Source: Tubulanus polymorphus
Taxonomy: Eukaryota > Animalia > Nemertea
Length of the DNA: 64,000 nt
Direction: 5' to 3'
Assembly: GCF_964204645.1 (NCBI RefSeq)
Contig: NC_134030.1
Location: 10,995,947 to 11,059,946, forward strand
The notes below the pieces were generated by a model that was given only the letters and a program-made list of their open reading frames with translations, searched no databases and was not told the DNA's origin. Shown in pieces: positions 56,972-64,000 of the stretch (position 1 is the first letter of the stretch; each line of letters opens with the position of its first letter). Made by a program: the position numbers and the translations under genes.

Positions 56972-57817
56972 ATCATAACAGAGTGAAGAGTTGTAAGTAT
57001 TTTACATAAGTAACATCGATACTCTGTATTTTGCGTATGTAATGTGCGTAGAAATGCAAGTCCTGCAATCGGAAAGCCGAAATCGTGTAAGAGCTTCTAG
57101 TTTAATTATCAGAAATACGTCCCTCCACGGCACGTAAAAGGTCCTTGTCTTACTTTTTCAGAAACTGGTCAGAAGAGGTGGCTTGTTTTCCTGTCACATA
57201 TATCGATTTTGAAATGGAATCCAATTTTATCCGCAATCATACGAATAAATCCGATGATTGTGGGAAATATTTTCTCTTTTAATCGAATCTGAAACGGCCA
57301 AGCTCGTGTAGCTAGTCGAACGAATTCTTCGAAAAGCGCTTTTCATTGATTTAGAGAAATCTGCGAGAACGAAAGTTTGATAGATAAATGTGCGTTCTAT
57401 TGTTGTATAAGTTGAAAGTCAACATATCCACCCGATACACATCCTCTTCTCCGATACTTTATTAAAGAAGGGTAAACCTTCATTCGATAGTCTATCGCCC
57501 CGTGTTATAGTATACTATATTATGGTAACCCTTCTTAGATACTCATCGCCAGAAGGGCGAGCGCGTTAACACTCGGTCGTTTATTCTGGGATTCGAACAT
57601 CAACAGTATTGGCCGTAAATCGGTCGACATTCTGCATTTTTAGTGAACGTGGCGCGCGTTACTTTTTTTACTTAAAACCCACTGGATCTTACGATACATC
57701 GTCGTCGATAAACGTGAATTAAAGTCTATTATTATCTCTAAGTAGATTGATCAAGTAAGTCATTTGCACGTCGTCGAAGAAGAAAGCCTTACCGTTAATC
57801 CAAATGCATTTAATAAC

Positions 57818-58257
57818 GGTCCTCCTTATTACCCGAGAGGGCGAGATCAGATGACGTATTTACCGAGATGACATAAAGAAATAGGCCTATAACATATTTA
57901 TTTATTCCCTATCGATTTTAACACTTGAAATCATATTATATCAGTAATAAATGCCTACTGGAGTCATATTTTACATATTTTATCGGATATTTTTGTAGAA
58001 AAATATCTTTACTGAGATGAGATCGTCGATCAATCAAATCTAATGAAATTTTATTGCTAACTGAGATTACGATTAAGTCAAATTTTTTTTACAAAATATC
58101 CGGAAAAATATGTAAAATATGACTCTAGAAGGTATTTATTACTGATGCAACATGATTTCAAGTGTTAAAATTGATAAGGAATAGTTAAATATACTAGGTT
58201 ATATTTCAGGTCATTGTCATCTCGGTAAATTACGTCATCTCGGTAATAAGGAGGACC
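57818..58257. mobile_element. MITE with long (~190-bp) inverted arms
   Basis: ggtcctccttattacc...gatgacgtatttaccgagatgac / gtcatctcggtaaattacgtcatc...ggtaataaggaggacc. Confidence 0.8.
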
Positions 58258-58555
58258 CTTTTATAATGGAAATCGAAAATGGGTAATGCATAATGCCTTA
58301 GATTTCCGGGCCTAGTATAAATTCCAACTTAGCCTCGGCCTATTCAGTATTTTGCCGACCTTTTCATTATTTTATTAAATCAAATAGGCAGTGCGCCACC
58401 ATGGCCGTATACTCAAAGTGCTGCCAGTGAATCACCGCTTTAGGCCTAGTACGGGCATGGCTACTGCATTAATCGCCCGAAATATTCAGTCGGTGACGAC
58501 AAACGCCTAGTGAATCACCTGAATCAAACTTAAAATTTTCGGCCGATTATTTTTA

Positions 58556-58975
58556 GGAAGTGGTTATTTAGCCAGATCTGGTTACCGACTTAAAAGATAT
58601 TTTGCCGGATCCATATATTATGTATAAGTAAAATCATTAGGCCTATATTGGGTTTAGGGTTAGGGTTTTGATAGGGTTAATGTCAAGAGGGTGAGAAGAG
58701 GGTCCAGGGTTTTGTTTCACAACTAGGGATAGGGTTAGGTGGGGCTATATATCTAGTTAAAACATTCGGGTGGTTTTCAGCGAGCTCGGTGGTCTAGTGG
58801 GAAGACGCTGCGCTAGGTGAATTTACTGACCCGGATTCGAGTCTCGCTCTGCTTTCTCAAACTCTTTTCTCCATACTTCCTTCAAGTCGCGCACCTCTGC
58901 GCATATGCGGGGAGAAATATCCGGCAAAATATTGTTCAGAAGTCGGTGACCGGATCCAGCTGAATAACCACACCC
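58556..58975. mobile_element. MITE containing telomere-like repeats and a tRNA-like segment
   Basis: TIRs ggttatttagccagatctggttaccgactt...atattttgccggat / atccggcaaaatatt...aagtcggtgaccggatccagctgaataacc. Internal gggtttagggttagggtt and A/B-box-like motifs at 58790-58845. Confidence 0.7.
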
Positions 58976-59823
58976 TTATTTTTACACCCGCACTGGACGT
59001 ATTGAGCCGGTGATTGACGTTTATCAACCAAATAGCCATGGGCCTATGATGCATTTTTTATATAATGAGATTTGTTAATTCTCTCCTGCTAAGCAGCGTA
59101 CACTGTCAGCACTTCGATTTGATCACTTCCCGCTTGAATATCCTCAAATAGCCACCTTTGTCAGTCATTACTTGTATCTACGAGCGATCATCTCGATGAA
59201 TGCTCGTAGCATACGGTGACATACAATAATGTCGCAACGCTACTGTTAGTTCTGATTCTGAGGCAGCTAACATTCTTATTTTCTTAGAGATAGGCTATTT
59301 ACACGAAAAAATTTTTTGAAGGCGTTTGAGGGGGTGCCTAGCCACCCTATTGACCCCCTAGATCCGCCCCCCTGCACCCTACACTTAAATCAGTTCTATC
59401 AAATCGTAAATAAAAATCATCCTCCCTCGGCAGGGAGTTAAACCTTTTGGCATTGCTACACAGCCACAGCGCGCACCCCTGCCACACTAAACCAGGTGCC
59501 TAGTCAATGTAATACACCATTCCACCTCGGGCACCACTGGAATCCAGTTATCTGTGGTGAGTTTCAAGCTCATTTGTTTCTATATATGGTCAACAGGGGG
59601 CATTGAATTTTGTGACAAGTGGTCATGTTTCCTGAGCCTCTGGTTCAGCTGGTGGACCGCATCTTATAATAGGGGAGGAAAATAGGCACTAATCCTGGCC
59701 CCCGTTGAGTTCTTGAACTGGTGCTTTCCTATTAGTGTACTAATATAACGAAAGACCAGAAAGGCTACATGCAATCTGATTACTTCTAACCTTTACCAGC
59801 ACTTATTTTTCAGTCTATCCATC

Positions 59824-62800
59824 ATGCCTCGCAAAAGAACTATTAAAGAATTGCATACAGATTATCCTGAGGTAACCATCGTAAAATCTGGAAAAATGAA
59901 GCCTATTAAAGTTGTAAGAGAGAAACAAAAAGAACCGATGTTATACCTGGTCAAAGATGGTGTTTTTCAAAGCGTCAGTGGGCAGTCGGAAATAAAAGGA
60001 AATGTTCCTGATTCTGGCTCATCTAATTTAACTGAGCCTGAATCTTCGGACTATGAATCACTTGATCCAACTGATAGTAAGTCAATACTAATACACTCTT
60101 ATTCAATCAAATGAATTCGTTGAGAGAAATCCATTTGTATGGTACATGTAATTTTTAGCTCGGCTGTGACCGAAGGTCAGTGGAGCTGATGGGTTAGAGT
60201 GATTATCTGTCGTCGTCCGTCCATTCCTCCATCAGCTTTTGCTTCAATTTGCTACTAGTGCTACAGTTCTTTTTTAATCTTGACCAAACTTGGTATGAAG
60301 TGAAAATGGGCCAAGGGCTAAAAAGTTATGGAGCCGTTTTTCCGAATTTGATCTCTAGAGGGCGCTGTATGGGTGGCGCTTGTAAAATCTTTAAATCGCT
60401 TCTTGTCCAACAATTATAATCTCATCTTGACGAAACTGGGAATGTAGATACTACGGGCCAAGCACTAAAAAGTTATAGAGCCGTTTTCCGTTATAGAGCC
60501 GATCTCTTTGAACTCTTGAGTGCTGTGAAGGTGGTCCTTGTAAAATCTCATCATAAAACAGGGGGGGGGGGGGACATTTTGTAGCAGCAATTTTTTTGCG
60601 TAGCTGTAGCTCATGAGATGTTCCATGATTGTGGTCAGTTTCAAGGTCATGACTCTCTGTTTTGTAATGTTCACCAGGGGGCATTGAATAGTGGAATAAC
60701 GTATGATATTTCCATATTGCATGTTTTGTTACCACGATCAAAAGCAAAATTGTAGTTGCAAAAGGTCATTGATATCTGTATTTTATAGATCGCCAGATTG
60801 TGGAGCCTTTCAACCAGCCAGTAGGCATGGTGCCCCCTAGTTAATTTGCCGGATGTTCCCATTAGGCATTGGTGATGGCATTGTACTACTATAACTACAT
60901 CTTGTTTTAAAATGATTGATCCAAATGAATATTCTTTTAACTCAAAAGGTCATTCTGAAAGTGCAACGAAAGGCAGTTATGGTGATTATGGAAAGAGACG
61001 AGTGTCTGAAGTCCATGCGTGGGATGAGTTATCGGACAAGCTCACTGAATCTGCTCTGAAGCAGTACAAACCGATGTCGTTTGAATGTTTTATCTGCGAA
61101 AAAATCGAACAAGAGCCTTTTCGATGTGATGATTGTCATCCATTTGCTACATACTGTTTGGAATGCAGCATAAACTTACATACATATTTGCCTCTCCATC
61201 GATTGAAGCAGTGGCAAGCTGTAAGTATTTATAGCCCATGTGGGACTCAAGTCCCAGGGGCCTAGCTTTCACTATTCAACTGTCATATGTCCATTATTCT
61301 GTCAAGGCGAACTTTTGAAGACACTTAATTCAATTGTCTGTCCATATATTTGGCTTGCTAAAATCAGCTCTTTTGAAGTTTTCAAGGGAAATTTCTAATA
61401 CACTTCATGGTCAATTGGTATATTTGGTCAAAATTTGTTCACTCAAGGTTGTTTTTTATTTGAAATCTCATGTCTCTATCGCTTCTTTGCTTGGAAATAT
61501 TGCACAAAATTTGACATTGGCACACATTGGAAATGTTTTTGAATAATAAGCTCACGCCAATACAAACCCTGGCCACAAACCCTTCATATGGTCTATTACA
61601 TTGTCCATTTCTTGGCCAGACAGTGTCCGCCAGTCTATATTTCACTCCAGTCAATCATATGCGTGGTAATGATGTAGGACAAATCATGCATCTCTTTGGC
61701 TAGATATATAGACGGGTGGGCATTCAGTGTTAACCTCTCGGCCCACGAAATTTTGGGCGATGTAATAGACCAATGAAGGGTATACGGCCAGGGTTTGTGT
61801 TGACGGGAGCTTTAGCGGGCGGTAATCAAGCCCTGGCAAGTGAGGATGCCTGGATTCAGTGATAAAAATCGCCTATTGTGGGCCCTGCTTGGGTCCTAAT
61901 TTTGCTGGAAAGTATTCTTTTTCAGTCAAGAAGTCCTTCCATTTGGGTCTAAAATTGCTGAAAAAGTCCTTAGTACTTCTTTTGGTCCTGGCCTTACCAG
62001 TGGAAACGTGAATGAATGGTAAAAACTCTACGTACATTGTATTTTATGATGTTTTTATTTTGCACAGATGGATGGTTTTTTTAACCATGTGTGTCCTAGG
62101 GAGCCACCCCTCCTCAGCAGATTACCATGCAATTGTACCTTGATTGAAGAAAAAATTATTACAGTCTTCGATTCTTATGGTATGTATAATTTGCTCAAGA
62201 TTTAACTCTTGTTTTATAAATGACATTATCTGTCAGTAGGTTAAAATGCATGCCAGTATCTGGATTTAGATCTAAAAAAGTAAATTTCTTTAACCAAACA
62301 GCAAGAATTCACCAGGACGGTTAAAATCAAAATCAACCATAATTTACTTAAGATTTATTCACTGCTATGTTTGATATTGATTAATAGGTCGATGTGATGC
62401 GAAAAAAGTTCAGCACTGCGAATGTCAAAGTCTACCTATTGCTTTAACCAATCATCGTTTGTGGCCTGCATCTCCTTCCCAGCCAACATACGCTGCATCA
62501 TTTGATTTTCTCAAACTTTTTACGACTCTCCAAATAGAAGGTCAGCTGTCAGCAAGAGCATTTGCAGACACGTATGCTGTGATGAACGCTTATTCGCTTG
62601 ACCAGGTAAAGTAATACACCCCAAGTGCACATCTCCTGTCTATATTTCATTGTTAACTAAAATTTGATGTGCTTTGATGTTACGTAGGTCTCACAGTTGT
62701 ATAGACTGCTGACAAGTGAGAGTCTGAGTAGATTTAGATTGATAACTTGTGAGGAATATCTGTTGTCGAAATCTTACACTTATAAGCGGTGCTTGGCTTG

Positions 62801-63913
62801 TCCTGAGGTATGGCTTCTGGCTGCATTTCTGACACTGGTTTGCCATATAAAATAGACCCCGCCTTAACCGGTACCATTTGGACCTTCATTTAGATTGAAT
62901 GGATTACCGGATAGGCAGAGTCTTCTGTATTCTGAAATATTTTTTGAAAATCAATTTTCATCTTCCTAGGATAATGGTAAACTTTTTGTGTCAGCTGATG
63001 CTAATTTTGGATTGGTTCGGAAAAAGAATGCAGGAAGGAGTTACTCTACCCCACAAATCTTAAGACCAATATTTTTAGACCAAGGCAATGTAGATTCGTA
63101 TGTTTTGAGATGTTGTGATACATCCAAACTTGATGATGGTGTAAATATTTTGGTTTTGAAAAAAATGGTTTTGATTGTATACAATATATATTAATATATT
63201 TAATTGAAATTGCCATTTGATTAATTTTTCCAGGAATGTAATAATTTCCAGGCAGGAACAGACATCCGTGCCAAAAACAAAGCTGTCAATTTGGATTATA
63301 CTGGTGTGATGGGTTTGGCATGTTCACGACATGAGATTCCACTAGCGATGCTAAATCTAAGGCACGGTGAAAGGTAATCTAGTTCTGTATCTTACATGTG
63401 CATATTTTGGAACCACAATCAATTGCAAATATGTAGCTCATGAAATCTTCTCTGATGAGTGCCAAGATCATTGGTTTCTGTGTATGTTCATTAGAGGCCA
63501 TTGAATATTAAAATAGTCAATGATTTCATGGAGTCCTTGGATCCCTAGTTTTGATGTGTGAGAATGTGTTTGATTCATATTCCAGGCTCAGTTACGTTGT
63601 TTCGCTGTTGAATCATATGGTTGCAGAGCTGCAAGTTGAGCATAATCAATTAGAATTGGTAGTTATGTATGACATAGCTTGTGTATTGCAAAAATATCTA
63701 AAGGTAGATGCCATTTCTTAGTTATTGCCCATAGACCATGTTATTGAAACAATATCCCTAGTTCCCAAATGAGAATGGTTTCCCTGAACCCATTCTAACT
63801 ACCACGTGCATTTGATATTTTTTCAGAAACCAGATATTTCAAGAATGTTGCCGGGTAATCTCCAATTTGCCATTCCATTATTTCACTGCTATGGTCATCA
63901 AGCCAATTGTCAA
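59824..63913 (+). CDS. CxC-cysteine-cluster plus KDZ (Kyakuja-Dileera-Zisupton) transposase-like protein, spliced, continuing beyond the window
   Basis: Exons 59824-60076, 60949-61220, 62068-62179, 62388-62605, 62688-62807, 62970-63140, 63234-63373, 63586-63703 and 63827-63913. All borders are GT-AG and phases are consistent, giving 497 codons with no stop. Motifs: CFIC..RCDDC...YCLEC...H..LPLH, CEC...LWPASPSQP, CLACP, SADANFGL, GVMGLACSRHE, HGERLSY, MYDIAC, FHCYGHQANCQ. Confidence 0.88.
60152..60842 (+). mobile_element. HINE-like element in KDZ intron 1
   Basis: 5' tttttagctcggctgtgaccgaaggtcagtggagct hairpin and cgtcgtccgtcc. The 3' part shares the ~155-bp module and the ggcatggtgcccCTAGtt end with 7167-8359. 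Confidence 0.72.
61548..61812. mobile_element. MITE in KDZ intron 2, next to a HINE-like 5' fragment at about 61228-61450
   Basis: Inverted arms aagctcacgccaatacaaaccctggcc...ggtctattacat / atgtaatagacc...ggccagggtttgtgttgacgggagctt. Confidence 0.75.
63385..63550 (+). mobile_element. HINE-family 3' fragment in KDZ intron 7
   Basis: gcatattttggaaccacaatcaattgcaaa...tagctcatga...cttggatccCTAGtt. Confidence 0.6.
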
Positions 63914-64000
63914 GTATGGATCTAACCTAGGTTTAAGTTTTCTTCTGACTGGATCATTATATTTATTTGAAAAAAAAAATGTTTTTTTATCTTTTATTAT

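Noticed and set aside
58779-58850. Functional tRNA gene (also 14938 and 20136)
   Set aside because: Only A/B-box-like motifs are present, with no consistent cloverleaf. Treated as SINE- or MITE-derived.
52788-63913. One giant KDZ element carrying SAM-HECT and ShK cargo
   Set aside because: No TIR or TSD is identifiable, the right end is outside the window, and the decay states of the parts differ.

Overview
Eukaryotic (animal) genomic DNA, AT-rich, with GT-AG introns and many non-autonomous transposons. The repeat types and gene content suggest a lophotrochozoan-type invertebrate (inference). Most ORFs in the six-frame track are spurious or are single exons. Spliced genes reconstructed by hand: (1) the 3' part of a GPS2-like gene (779-6406); (2,3) two tandem SLC16/MCT-family transporter paralogues with matching exon structure (17871-23229, 30622-37360); (4) a secreted protein with four ShK domains (54514-56971); (5) an intact, intron-rich CxC/KDZ (Kyakuja-Dileera-Zisupton) transposase-like gene running off the right edge (59824-63913+). 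Decayed coding sequence: a non-LTR retrotransposon (about 9.5-11.2 kb), an intronless GT92/DUF23 glycosyltransferase pseudogene (46.3-48.8 kb) and a SAM + HECT-like pseudogene (52.8-53.8 kb). The most unusual items are the KDZ gene; a very AT-rich, intronless, virus/Polinton-like cassette with Zn-finger ORFs, tandem repeats and a 268-bp terminal palindrome (39.8-42.9 kb) with an inverted sister terminus at 44.1 kb; a pair of inverted Penelope-type minimal hammerhead ribozyme motifs (24.0-24.2 kb); and a foldback element carrying a TATA-containing 50-bp satellite (25.9-26.9 kb). No CRISPR array, rRNA or credible intact tRNA gene was found. All family calls come from remembered motifs; no database search was run.
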